Origin: Amoebophrya sp. A120
Lineage: Eukaryota > Protista > Dinoflagellata
Length of the DNA stretch: 64,000 nt
Assembly: GCA_905178155.1 (NCBI GenBank)
Contig: CAJINV010000008.1
Coordinates: 3,398,013-3,462,012 of the forward strand
Direction: 5' to 3'
This document shows, piece by piece, positions 24,001 to 36,600 of this stretch. Each line of letters starts with the position of its first letter. Positions within the stretch are counted from its first letter, which is position 1. The notes under the pieces are model-generated. The model was not told where the DNA came from. It did not search any database and saw nothing but the letters and a program-made list of their open reading frames with translations. The position numbers were made by a program, and so were the translations under genes.

Positions 24001-27000
24001 CAGTAGACCGAGGAACCAACACCTTCGACGATCCGCTGCTCTGTCTTCTGGAAGTTGCCATCAAGGAAGCCGCAGCGCACGGGGAGGACGTGTTTTCGAA
24101 GTTAGGTTTGAATCCCGCCGGCGCGGCGACAAATTTTTCCTCGAACGGAACTAAAAGCGGGGTGACCGGGGCCGCAGCTGCACACCATCTTGGAGATTCC
24201 CCGGCGTCAGCAACGAGCTCAGACGACTCGAGTTCAACGTCCCGCCTCTTGCAGTCAAAGAAATACGTCGTGCACTTGCTCACTTCGGGCCTGGAAACAA
24301 TTTTGCAGCAAGTGAACGCGCTTTTCGCTTTCGTGCTCGGGGACGAGACGTTTATGTTGTTTCCGTCGTCTGGTACGGACAACAAGGGCGCAGCAGCAGG
24401 GACGAAGATGAAGGGTGGAAGTGGAACTAGCAGTAAAACAGCGTCTACAACAGCAGCGGCATCTAGTGGCACCATTTCCGGAAAAATGCTATCATCTTTC
24501 TTGGAACGCTTTCTCCCGTTCTTCGAGGAGAAACTGGCACTGGTACACCGGAATTTGCCGAGCTCGCTGCAGGTGTTCTTCTCCAAGGAGACAGTAAGCA
24601 CGATCGCCGAGATCTTGCAAGACGAGATTCTTGCGCACGTCAGTTGGGAGCAGTGGATCCTGGCTTACCTCCTCCTCTATCACGCCTACAGTCTTCTTTG
24701 CAGAAGGAGAAATAGTATGTAGTGAGGTCACCGAACGGTTCTAACCGGGGAGTTTTTTTGACACCCAGACAGCAAAACGGCCGGAAGTTTTCAGGCGGGC
24801 GGACGTGTTTTTGGACGTAAAAGATTTCCATTTATCAAGCGGCCGGGGCTTTGAAGTCAAACAAGCCCGGTTGAAAACTATCGATTCGCACTTGATAAAA
24901 CGACGCAGGGGAGCCGGCAAAAGGGGCGCCCTTCTGAGGCGCCCACCGCCTTAGTTTCTGGCGCTTTGGGGGTCCCAAAAAGGGGCGCGCAAAAAACGCG
25001 CCAAAAATCAGAACAGCGAAACAGCATGGCACGGCCGCGATTTCGGAGCATTTTGGGCGGTCGCGAGAGCGGCCGCCTTTTCGCCGGTTTCAGAGCCTGG
25101 GAAGGTTTGCAAAACGCGCCGGCGTGAAAAATAAAACGCGAAAAAGAAAAAGCGCCCCAGACGCGCAAAGCCAATGCGCATGCTATGGGCCCGATTTTTC
25201 TTCGCTTTTTGGGCGCCCCCCGTGGCACCCGGATCGGCCCCATAGCATGGGGGCTGGCCTTCGGAAAGGAATTTCGATAATTTGCCAAACTTTGCGACGT
25301 TTATCAAGTGGCCGCCATACCGTGCGGCCTAACGTTACTCACGGCGGTATGGCGAGCCCAGAAAAAGCAAAGCCGTGGCCAAGGCGATGGCCGGCAAGAA
25401 AACGCCCACGACCTCACTACCTCCGCCCCGGCGGCTATAATTGGTACTAAACCCGAAGCAGACCATTCTTACCCCTCTTCAACTTCTCGGAACGTCGGGA
25501 CGACCAGAAGGGTGTCAATCGTCTCTGAGCGGGAAAACAACTCTTCCATCCGCGAGGGTAGCCACCGGAGCAGCAGCAGCAGCGTTCCTTCGTACGACAG
25601 GGAGGCTGTAGTACTTAACTCGGATCGGATCCTAATCGAGGACCAGCAAATTGCGCCCAGCAGTCGGGTCTTCTTCCGAGGAAACGAGCAGCAGCATATG
25701 ATTAGAGATCAGAGGACTGCTGTTGGTGAAGATGTGGCCAGCACAAGAAGCGAGTTGCAAAGTAGCCAGCCAGGTCAACATCTGAGCTTCGGAGCGGCAG
25801 GTGTTCAGTCCTTCCACCAACACAATCCGCAGAACTACACGGCTCAACTTCTTCCACAACAAAATTACGGCCCCCATTCCTTATCTCCACCTCTGCAGTT
25901 TGAAACTGCGACGACCTACGCCCGGTTTTCCGCGGCGGAACAATCGGAGCCCCCAGCGACGGCCGCGGACTCGCACCAACAGCTGAGTCCCATGTTCTCG
26001 ACGCATTCCCAGGACCTCCGGAAATTTACGAACACTTCGGCGGAACTACTGACGCCGGATATGCATTGCACAAACAAGATCGGACTTCGTATATTTATAA
26101 TGAACGCATGACAAAATTTTACGTAGTGAAAGAACGTGTGCAAAAATTTCTGTCATGCAAGTAGACTTTTGCATTATTAAAATACGATTGCGATGCTTGT
26201 TTTACACATGACACCGGACTCCACTCCGCAATTTGGTGCGGGCAGTGACGACGTGGTCGTATTCGCGCCGAACAACTTGGAGGTGAACACGTCGACAAGT
26301 AGTACTCTGAAGGGATTGACGGAGCAAAGCGCGTTCATTTTTCACCAGCAAGGAGGGGTCATCACCGATGAAAGCAATTCGTTTGGCCACGCCGAACCGG
26401 AGCAAATCAACCACCTGCAGACCACTCGACTCTATCAAGGAGCAGGACAAGAACTTCCTGGATCCTCTTTGTCGCAGCAGGTAGTTAATATCGGTGGAGC
26501 TGCAAGTAGCCGAACTGACACTGAGTTAATGAGTCATTCTGCTGCTACGCAAGAGGAACAGCAAGAAGCGAATGAACAGCGAAGCGGAATAAATCCGCCG
26601 AAGCGGGCCGGGCCGGCGAAAGATGGGTCGCCACCTGCGCTGATGTCGCCACCGTCCGTAGATAAGATTTTGCCCCCGATAGCGACGCTTTCTTCAGAAG
26701 ATCCGTGCGATGTTCTTGTTGGTAGTAGTGATCATCCCGGGCAGCTGGTGGGACAACTACAGAGCGTCGAGCATCGTGGTCCAGAGGCGACGTTGCCTAC
26801 TAACGATGACTTCGAAGAGGACGACGCAAGGGGGAATGATTCATCCTCTCGCGGCGTCTTGTTCCCTGGTACAACCGCCAGTAGCAGCTACAACACTTCT
26901 TCCACCACTTCCGCCGCTGCCTTGTTCGATTTGAACGTGAAATCTAACGCGCTGCACCAGCCGCCAGGGGCGAGCGCCTGTGTAATAGCCAACGCGGCGG

Positions 27001-27131
27001 CCACGATCAGTGGGGTTAGTGGCACGCAACTCGCACGGGAACTCACCGCCGCACGCTCCGAGCAAGACCGACAGTTTAACCGGCATGTCAAGCAAAGCTC
27101 GAAAAACCAAAAGGACAGCGCTCAACGATAG
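18034..27131 (+). CDS. Large mid-SUN domain membrane protein (SLP1/SUCO-like)
   Basis: Exons ~18034-20305, 20607 or 20622-23837, 23932-24715, 25445-26059, 26219-27131. Signal peptide; SUN domain FDYANQAAGAKIL...YMLTPC...WFVIGLPE...LEFFASQFR...YPVERW...VRFLKIRALSHY...YCALTKIQVFG; a coiled-coil-like segment; then TM SWEQWILAYLLLYHAYSLL. Joining of the first and last exons is less certain. Confidence 0.75.
24716..25439. mobile_element. Large aged introner-like intron (724 bp)
   Basis: Ends TAT...ATA, TSD AATAG/ATTGG (3/5), IR GTAGTGAGGTC/GACCTCACTAC. Removal of 729 nt gives CRRRNSTKPEADH. Confidence 0.55.
26060..26213. mobile_element. Introner, short
   Basis: TSD CCGGA, ends TAT...ACA, IR core AAACAAG/CTTGTTT, internal GCATGACAA and CTGTCATGC. 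Removal gives ELLTPDSTPQ. Confidence 0.75.
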
Positions 27132-28688
27132 ACACAGGTTGGCTGTTTTTTTGTTACAACAAGGAAGTACCTGCAGCAGATGAATTTTTGCATTGTTATG
27201 ATTACGACCCTAGTTGTACTCGTGCCGCCTTTGGCTTTGCCCCTGGGAGGGAATGCGGGGCGGTAAGACATGGCGTCCGATTGATATAAAAGCCCCTTTT
27301 CTGCATTTTTTTCCCATTATTTCAGCTCCCCCTAGTACATTTATTTTCCGAACAAGCGATTATACTGAATACCCCTAATCTCCTTGAACATCGTGTCCGC
27401 GCCGCAAGAGTTGTCATTCAGGATTTTGGATTGCATAGCAAACTGAGAAGATTTTCACTTTTTTCATGTTTTCACAATTTTCAACACACCAAAGAAATTT
27501 CACTTGTAGAAAACCGTTGGAGCAATGTCTGCACCGGCGACAGCGGTTGGAGCAACTCACATGCACACATGTTTGCATTTGATTGAGACTGAGACTTTCG
27601 AGATAAGTAGAGCAGCTGCTGCACAAAAGATACAAACAAAGAGACAACTGAGGATATATATGATTTCTACACGAGTTCTTCTGTGCCTCCGTTTGACGGC
27701 GCTGGTGGGCTGCATGCAGAAGTACAGCTCAAGTCACGAAAGAGAATTACTAAACGTTTGCAACGAGAAACCAAAACAGAAGGGCTGTGTCTGTGCAACC
27801 GGAGTATAGTAGGAAAGACTGACTGCGACTGAATGATAGCACGATGAAATTCGTTTCTCATCCAACTACTTCGCCACGTAACGGTGAAACATTGCCCGGC
27901 TTTCGACAGCCTCTTGATACACGGCAAGCTCGTAACTTTTCAGCGTTGTTCACGATTTTTTCGGAGTTGTTGTACCAGATAGAAACTCACTCTCACTTTA
28001 GCTTTTCTCTCCTGAGGTGGAGTGAATCAATGCTCGTAAGAGCGACGTATAGAGCGGAGGTGCGAGAGCGAATAAGTGACCAGAGGGAAGTAGTACAAAT
28101 CGCAAAGATATTGAGCGTCATCTGAAAAGACAACAGTGTGAGTGGTCTCATGGAGTGGTTCGCGAGACGAGTGAGCGAAGAAGAAGAAGTGGACAGCCGC
28201 AAATTTGCGAAGCACGAGACAAGCGGTTTTTCCAACTTTTCGAGCGGCATAATAATTTCTGTAACCCTGCTGCTACGTTTTCCTTCTCTTTTTTCGCTGC
28301 ACGAAGCAGAGGTTGGCGAGTCAAAACAAACTTTATTTCCCTATTCTCCAGCGACATGGCAGAAAAGAGTATTGTATTGCACCTGTAAGATGAATTCGAA
28401 AATGTGTTGACTCTACTGTCGTGCCACCCCGCACGGGTAGAAGCAGAAGCTCGGCTACGACTCGTGTCTGTGATTTTGGCGACTTACGCTTGGTTGCGTT
28501 GGTTGATTGCACCACCCGGATCGTCTGACACTGATTGCAGTCGAAGTTGTTCTGAAAGCGAACCAAACCAAACCGGGGCATTGACTTGGCAAAAAGCAAG
28601 CGAAAAGCAGACTTGGCACCACAACGCCGGCCGACTTATCTGTACCACCACCACCACCGCCACAGAAAGCTGCTCCAGCTAGTGCACC

Positions 28689-31600
28689 ATGGCTCCGTCG
28701 GCGCTGCAGCAGAGCCAGCCGTCGAAGAAGAACGGGAACAAAAAGGCCAAAAACGATGACAACAAGGAGAATGAGGACCCGGGCGTGGCGAACGTCAAGG
28801 GGGCCCCGGCGAAAAACCCCCCGACCGGGGTCGAGAAGCTCTTCGGCGAGATCTTTGTGGAGACCAGCTCGGGCGACATCGGGTTGCAGGTGAAGGACGG
28901 CCCCCTGCTGCGCTGCCACACAGTGGCGCTGGGTCGGGTCCCCGGGTTTCTCTCGCAGTTGCGGACGAAGCTGAAACCCCTTCCCCTGTACATCGAGAAG
29001 CAACCCTTGAACACCATGAACTGGCTCAAGAGAAAAGGGTTGAAACGGATCGCGGAGCAGATCCAGTTCGCGTCTTTCGCCGAAGATCGGTACACGGAGG
29101 GGACCGACGTGGTCACCAAAGGCGGCTGGACCACGTGCGACACCATGAGTGGCACCAGGTGCGGGTTCCAGAGGAAAGACCCGCTGCGGTTGGCAGAACG
29201 ATACGAGCTGTCCGAAGACGTCGAGCGGGCCGTGGAACTGCTCAGATTTGTGTACTTTGTTTTACTGTTACTAAGTTTGTTGAGAATTATCATCTTCGTC
29301 GAAGTGGCTTCCGGTACGACCATCCAAGAACTACTTACAGAACGTAGATACAAGTTTTGTACCGGGTCTGAAACTTTTTGCTGATCTTATATATCCGGTT
29401 CTAACGTGCCCGTGCGTGGTACTGATACTTCGTCGGACATTTTTTGTCACAGATACCTGGACCAGATCGAATTTATGTCGATGAAGCCGGACACGGAGGA
29501 GGCCAAGAAGAAACTTTTGAACCAGATGGTCGACATGCTCTTTCTCGCAAACCGTTTTGCCGTAGACCAACTGTTCGCCCGGTTAATGCGCTGGTTTCCC
29601 GCGCACTGTCGAGCGGTCTGTGGCGACGCCGCTTTCTGCGACGCGTACTACAAAATACAGTACTACTGGCAATACTCCGTGGAGGTATAATCTTTTGAGC
29701 AACCAATCTTCGTTTTTTTTTTCATTTTGAAATGCGAAGTTCGTCATTGTATGCGAAGGAATATCATTTTGCATGGAAGTTCTATCATCGCGACACTGAA
29801 AATCTCGCGTAGCTCTCCTGTGGCGCTTCTGCGAGGAGGAAAGGTGGATAAAAGTACTCAAAAAAAAATCGAATCCTAAATCCTACCATAGGAACCGCTG
29901 TTCCGCAATCTGATGAAGCAAACGCTGGTTGGCATGGGCTGCGTGCGCATGAACTTCCAGCTGCTTTCCTGGGACGACCGCTGGACGAGTTTGCCCTACA
30001 CGTTTCTCCAGCTCATTCTCGACCACGACGACTTGGCCATCACCTCGGAAGCGGAGCTGCTCGTGCTGATAGAAAGGTGGAATGTATCCAAGACAAAAAA
30101 CTGTGTTAGTGTAACTATCTGTGGCTGACAGCATCACAAATTTGCTCTACGTGACTGAGTAAACCTGTCATGCGTGGCTTGAAGGGGAAAACACACGCGA
30201 AAAGAGGGCGCTATGGTTGTCTGGCATGACAGGCGTAACTCTGTTGCATCTTCTGCATTACAAAGTTACACTTACACAGTTTTTTTCTTGCATAGAACGC
30301 CAACCGGGACAAGGACCCGGAGGAGATTTACGAAATCTGCTGCTGCTATGGAACTGTCAGGATCGAGATTGACAAAATCGAAAAATTTGTGATGCGTAAA
30401 ATGTATGACGCGCAATACGTGTGTTGCAGAGCAGGCAAGTGAGGCCGATTGTAAGCCTGTTTGGGGTTATAGCTCGAGCTGCTAAAGCAGCGTGAGAGAA
30501 TCAGTCTTCTTTGCCTAAACAGCATTGCAAACTGGATTTAGGCACCGCCAGAATTTGTCACGCGCAACTTAGAAACTGGGTTCGAACTGGAATCCATTTT
30601 ATGCATGACAAATCATTTCGATTTTGTCAATTTCGACTCTGACACTTCCATAGCTGCTACCGCCAGACGCCCGAGAACGTGGAGGCGCTGGTGTTTTTCC
30701 TTTCCAACCTGGGCATGCTCGAGCAGAGTACCGCGACGGCGAAAAAGGAGAAAAAAGTGGACGAGTCCGCGTTCAGCAACAAGGAGGACGCCATAAAGGC
30801 GGGCCAGTTGGCGAAACTCTTCGCGGTATTGCCCAGGAGAAACACCAAGCCAAGAAGGGGCAAAACGGAAAAGAAAAAGAAAAGTACGTTGTACTATACG
30901 ACTACGAGGCTTGGTTTCGTAAGTCTAAATTAAACTAAGGCATGATCATGCTGTTTTCGATAGTGTGTCAATCATGAAAGATGCCGACCTCTGCGTCTTG
31001 GTGGACGCGACAGGATATTTGAAATTGTCATTTTTGAGAAGAAGTTCAACTGCAGCCCCGTAATTTTTGGAAAATATACAAAAAACTTAAAACAACAAAG
31101 TCTTGTTTCCCCATTACTTCCAAACAGAGCAAGAATCCGGGCCGAAGGACGCAGTGGCAGAGGGTACCGCGGCCGCCACGGGGGATCAGGACGACGACGC
31201 ACCGGAACCAGTGGCGGACGATTTGGCGGGGGCATTTGCCGCGGTGGAGCAGATATGCATTTCAAATGTTTTGTCCGTGTCATTTGGAAAGTTGTGATGC
31301 TAACTTGAGCATTCGGTAACTCGACGGCAGTAGGCAGAGTGAAAAGCATGACGAAGAAGTTGAGCATGGGTGTGCTCTGTCCATGACCTCTACTACTGCC
31401 GCAAGATGTATTGCAGAGGTTGCAGTCAACATCGCATTTGCGCACTGCAAGGCTTGCGATCATCTTCCAGAGGACCCGGATGGATTTGCAGTGGATCACG
31501 GAGTAACCAGGTCGTCGAAGTGGAAGTAGAGGACGAAGACCTCGGTACGGAATTCGCGTTTTTTGTCATGCGGAAACGTGTGTGAAGGGGTGAAAAATGG

Positions 31601-32566
31601 TATCGATCCTATATTTCGACCATATTTTTTCATATACATATTGCAATTTCTGTTGTGCTAAAGTGAAAAACTTCACACATCAGACGCGTTTATGGTGGTG
31701 AAGAAAGACCAAGAAACCGGGCATTTTTTCGGCGGCCAGACAGGGCTGGGTTTCACGGTGGTTGCGGGAGAAACCATGACACAGCTGTGCGCCATTCGCG
31801 ACCCGGGTCAATACAGAATACGAGTGGTAGAAAAATTCGCAGACGTCTTGATGTAGCCCTAGTATTGCTGCACGGCATGATCGTGCTTTTTTGTAGTCGG
31901 GCGTCATGCGCCGTTGCATCCTCGTTGTGCAACAAAGACTCCTACTAGTACAAATTTCCTCCTACTTGCTTCTCTCCTCGACTACTCAAAAAAAAAACCT
32001 CTTTTCATCACAGGCAATGTCGCAGAAGTTAGCGCAATTGTGGCTGAGCAACCACACGTGCTTCGTCGGCGTCGTCTACAACGAGCACTGCTTCTGCGGC
32101 TATCAGGTGCAAGCGTCCGACTTCCTGGGGATTTACGAACTTCGCTGCATGACGAGCGTGTCCGCGAAGCCGGAAAAGCCGGTTTTTCTCACCGGGTCGG
32201 GAACCAAAGTGGATTTCGACCTGGACTTGACGGTGGACATGAAGTTGGTCAACGGAGTCATCGGCTGCAAGTTTCAAATCATGGCCAACAGCGTCAGCCT
32301 CACCATGGACGAAATACAGGTAAGAGAGGCACTTTTTGCTTCATCTCCTGAAAGTAAAACTGTACAAGTACTAGGACGTTTAGCATCATGACGTAGGCGG
32401 TTTTTTTTGGTCTTCACAATCCAAATTGCAAAATGACAAGGTTTCCAACAAGTGCATGCAAGACGGCGGGTTGCGGTTCCAGATCGTGCCCATGGGACTC
32501 GATCACAAGGAGCAGATGGACATCCGAATCACGTGGATCATGGGGAACGGAAACCTCCGGAAATAA
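28689..32566 (+). CDS. BTB/POZ-BACK domain protein
   Basis: Exons ~28689-29247, 29455-29684, 29892-30084, 30300-30346, 30658-30883, 31128-~31253, ~31437-31544, 31684-31826, 32014-32319, 32441-32566. BTB-like GDIGLQVKDGPLLRCHTVAL...MLFLANRFAVDQL; BACK-like WTSLPYTFLQLILDHDDLAITSEAELLVLIERW. One intron border and one apparent frameshift are unresolved. Confidence 0.7.
29686..29890. mobile_element. Probable aged introner, now GT-AG intron 29685-29891
   Basis: G|TAT...ATA|G, TSD GGAGG/GGAAC (3/5), TIR largely lost. Confidence 0.45.
30085..30294. mobile_element. Introner family B (210 bp)
   Basis: TSD GAATG/GAACG, ~31-bp TIR TATCCAAGACAAAAAACTGTGTTAGTGTAACT. It is a reverse-complement homolog of 40235-40432. 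Confidence 0.95.
30347..30652. mobile_element. Introner with long (~57 bp) imperfect TIR
   Basis: TSD GCTGC. TATGGAACTGTCAGGATCGAGATTGACAAAATCGAAA...TTTCGATTTTGTCAATTTCGACTCTGACACTTCCATA. Removal gives EICCCYRQTPEN. Confidence 0.92.
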
Positions 32567-33635
32567 GGACTACAACCCTTGCACAATGGAGGATCCGAGC
32601 CTACGTCTTGCGGAAACTTTTGAGACGCAAAAAGAACTCACGGAACCTTCGTCGCTGTCTACAATATCGAGCTAAATTAAAAATGGGCGTTGACTGTCGA
32701 ATTCGAAATTAATCTTGTATCTTTCCATCATCATCATCCTTAAGCTGCTTAACGTCTAAACATCAATTAAAAATAGCAATTATTCTCCTTGGCCGCCAGA
32801 GGAGGAAGGTAAGGGTGGCAATAGATTTACGTTCGGTCTTTACACCCAGAACTTTTGCACCAGCTCAATGTATTTCATACGAGTACAATGTCTTGGTCGA
32901 CGTAACAATAGATACACCTTGATACCGAAATGTACCAATTCAGTAGATAAACCAATGCTATTGATTCGGCGCTCGACGATCGAACTTTGCAACTGTAAAA
33001 AACGTAGCTCTAACTCCGAAATTGACAGAATGGACGCACTTTTCCAAGTGTGGGCTGAGTACTGGCCCGAGGTCCGTTGTTTCCCCTTTGTAAAAATTGT
33101 TTCGCAGGAGCACTGCCCTCACGGAATTTGTAATTCTCAGAACAATTATTGTCTCGCCTGATGCTGCTGAGTTTCACCGGCACGCAACGCTCTGTGTAAA
33201 TTTTGACGCGGCAGACTCAGAACTTTTGTAAGAACTAGAAACAAAATGAAAATCAAAAGATGTGACATGACAGGTGTTGCTTCGTTTCGTGCTTCAGCAG
33301 ACATGGAAAAAGCGCTTCCGACGTACATTACAGTGTTCAACAGGACCACATCGCAGGAGCTACAGCTAGCCGCTGTAGCTAATGAAGCATAGTCTGGTAC
33401 TGCTGTTGCATAGTTTGGTGTAAAGTTGGGACAGCACCGCTGGAACTACACATACTTAACGCGGCAGCAGCAGATGCTGCGCACCAGATCTTCGTCGCGA
33501 CAAATAACTTTTGCGAAGAATGTAGGCGGCGTTTAAGAGGACCCAGTGCCAGTCCCCAGAAGAAAAAACACTATTATATCCTCACCCACGCTATTGATTT
33601 ATTCAGCTGTACAGGAGAAAAAATTGGACAATAAG

Positions 33636-36600
33636 ATGACGTTTTTCACACGACTCCTCGGTCGGTTTCTCCCGACCTGGTTGCTCGGCATGAACGGCAA
33701 AACCGTCACAAACCTCGACCGCTTTCTCTCCTACCTGGGGCTGGTGTACTTCTGGGCGTTCGCGGGGTACTATTTACAGGTCCGGGCGCTCTACGGCTTA
33801 AATGGTCTCATGCCGGTGGCGGACATGAAAAAAGCAGGCGGCGGCGCACAGTCGCCCTATGCGCCCTTGCCCTACCTGAGCAGCGCACTGTACGCTATTT
33901 TTGGCGCAGGAACAAGTACATCGAGCACAAGCACCGATCACACCGTGCTGGAGGCGGTCAGTCTGTTGGGTATGGTGCTATCGCTGCTGCTGTGGCTCTT
34001 TCCGAGAACTTGGCTCCTGCGCTGCGGAACCACGTTTGCCTGTTGGCAGTGCTATCTCGCGCTGTACTCTGTAGGTATAGATGTTGGTGAAGAATTTTTG
34101 TGTCTATAGAGAGTCAATCTGTATCGCGTTGCTGACCTACAACTACTTGCTTCCTTGAAGCTTTCCCTACATACTCACAAGGACGAGACACGACGAGACG
34201 CAGAGCTGCTGTACAGGACTGTCATCATCAAAAACTAACCATGAATTTCCTATCAGGTCAGACGTTTCTCTCCTTCCAGTGGGACATTCTGTTGCTCGAA
34301 GTGGGTTTCTTGGCCAACCTGTACAATATCCTGAGTAAAAACGTACCCACGCCAGAGTTGTAATGCAGATTTGCAAAGACAGGAAGACTTGCAACGCGCA
34401 TCCCCATGAGAGCCATTTCCAATCGTGTTTTGGAATTTGTGATGCTGTGAACAGGATGAGCAGATGAATCTGTGATGCGGCTGCACTTGCTAACCTGCAC
34501 TACACTGCATAGTGCAACTTGTCATGCGTGACTTACAAAACTCCTAGGTTTGTGTTGCAAAATCCCCATCCTGACTCTGGTGTGGGTACGTTTTTACTCA
34601 GGATATACAACTTGTCCTCTTCGGTCTATTTCCACAACTGCGTCGATTGGCTCCTCCGCGCGCTTTTCGTGAAGCTAATGTTCATGACCGGCGTAGTGAA
34701 GCAGTCTTCCAACTGCCAAACCTGGAAGGATCTGACCGCCCTGGAGTACCACTACGTGTCCCAGTGCCTGCCCACGGAGATGGCCTGGTTTGCGCACCAG
34801 GTCCACCCCTTTGTGAACCGACTGGGCGTCGCGTTCATGTTCTCCATCCAGCTGGCGCCGGGGATCCTCCTGATTTACGTGCCCTACCTGCGGGACTACG
34901 TCGCCATGCTCCACGCGGTATTGCAGATCGGGATCTTCCTCACGGGGAACTACAACTGGTTTAACGTGTTAAGCGCAATTCTCCTCTGGCCCTGCCTCGG
35001 CAGCGGATCGACCGCATCTTCGGGGAGTGACTTGACTGGAGACGCGTCCAGTGGAATTGCATCACTCACAAGTTACGGCGGCGGGAGCAAAAGTAGTGGG
35101 AGCACAGGTGTTGGTCGTGACAAAGGCGCGATAGAAATGACGACTAATTATAAATCGACTAGCAAGAGCAAAGCAGGAGCGGGTGCGGAGAAGAGTAAAG
35201 CGGCCATGAAAGCGAGTCGGTTGGCGACGCCGACGAAATCTTCGTCGAGAAAAATCGACTTACTTGATGAAGCGGCTTTGGACCTCGACACTGGTTCTTC
35301 GATAAGTGGGAATGAAGTACAAAAAAACGCAACAACACCAGCAAATAAATCGAAGGACATCAAAAACTCGTCCGCCATGAGCAGTCATCTGAAGCTGAAA
35401 AAATCCTCCTCTTTGTCGTGTTTCCAGAAAACGAGGAAGCAAGTTTTCCTCCTGTTCGCGTGCCAACTGCCGCTCCTCGTGCTGATCTCGCTGTTCCTCA
35501 TCCTCCAGGGCACGGACTTCGGTGTTACAGAGGATTTATCTGACTTCGTGGCAGCGAAGATGGTGCAGCTTCCCGGCGAGGGGAAAATCCAGCAGTTGTT
35601 GCCGACCAGCTTTGGTGCTGGTGTTGCTCTTGTGCAAAGCCTCTTCAGCGCGGAAACGCTTGCGGTTGTGCTCGCGCGGTTCGAACTGATGAAGGATGCC
35701 GTTCTTTCCTCGGCTGCTGTCGTTTTCAGCGGTGAATATGAAGAACACCCAGGCACTTATTTGTTCGCTTTCGGTCGTGCGTTGGAAGGCTTAGATTTTT
35801 GGAAAATTTTCCACGGCGATTTTTTCACTATCAAGTCCACCATTACCGACGGCGGCGTCCGGCAGTACCTGCACTGGTACACGCAGTACGGGTTGGTCGC
35901 GGTGCAAATCGCGTTCTTCATTTCCGCCCTCCGGTACCTCTTCGCGGTTACCGCGGACCATGACGTCACGTGCTTCGACCTGTGGAGCGGAAAAGGGCAC
36001 AGCGCCCGAAAGAAATCCAAAGAACCCCCGAGCCTTGCGATCGAGGACGGCACGCCGCACTCGTCCGCGGTTGGAATGCTTACTACTTCGAACTCATCGT
36101 ACAAGAGCCACTTCAGCACCGCTCCGGACGGCTCGCCTAGCTCGACGTGGACGTCCATGCAGCGACAGAACCAGGGCGGGGCCGCTTCGCCGCCGACGAT
36201 TCTGTCGAAGACGAAGCGGATTTTCCTCTTTCTCCCCATCGCACTGGTCCGCCTAGCGGCTGCCTTCGTCGCGCTCAACCTCGGCATGATCCCCTGGGCG
36301 CACCTGGGCCCGACCAATTTTTTGCTGCAGAAGGAAGTCATGACGCACGTGTACTCCGAGCTCTTCAAGCACGACCAGTACTCAAGTTTATCTAACAGCT
36401 ACGGCCTGTTCCGCCGCATGACCGGCGTCGGCAGTCACGACCGATCGGCGAAGAAGGTGCCGAAGGTGAGCGGTTTGCTGGGAATGGTGACGGCAGGAGA
36501 TGATTCGAATTCTACGAAGATGAACAGTACGAGTGTAGAACTTTCCGTCGCACCAGCGAAAAATCCACCCACAGAGGAGGCGTTTTCTCTCCAATCCGGG

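Noticed and set aside
31249-31417. Introner bounded by a perfect GCAGA repeat (TAT...ATT)
   Set aside because: Collapsing this repeat leads to an in-frame stop before the next donor. An intron is present and contains TTGTGATGC, but its borders are unresolved, so it was not counted.
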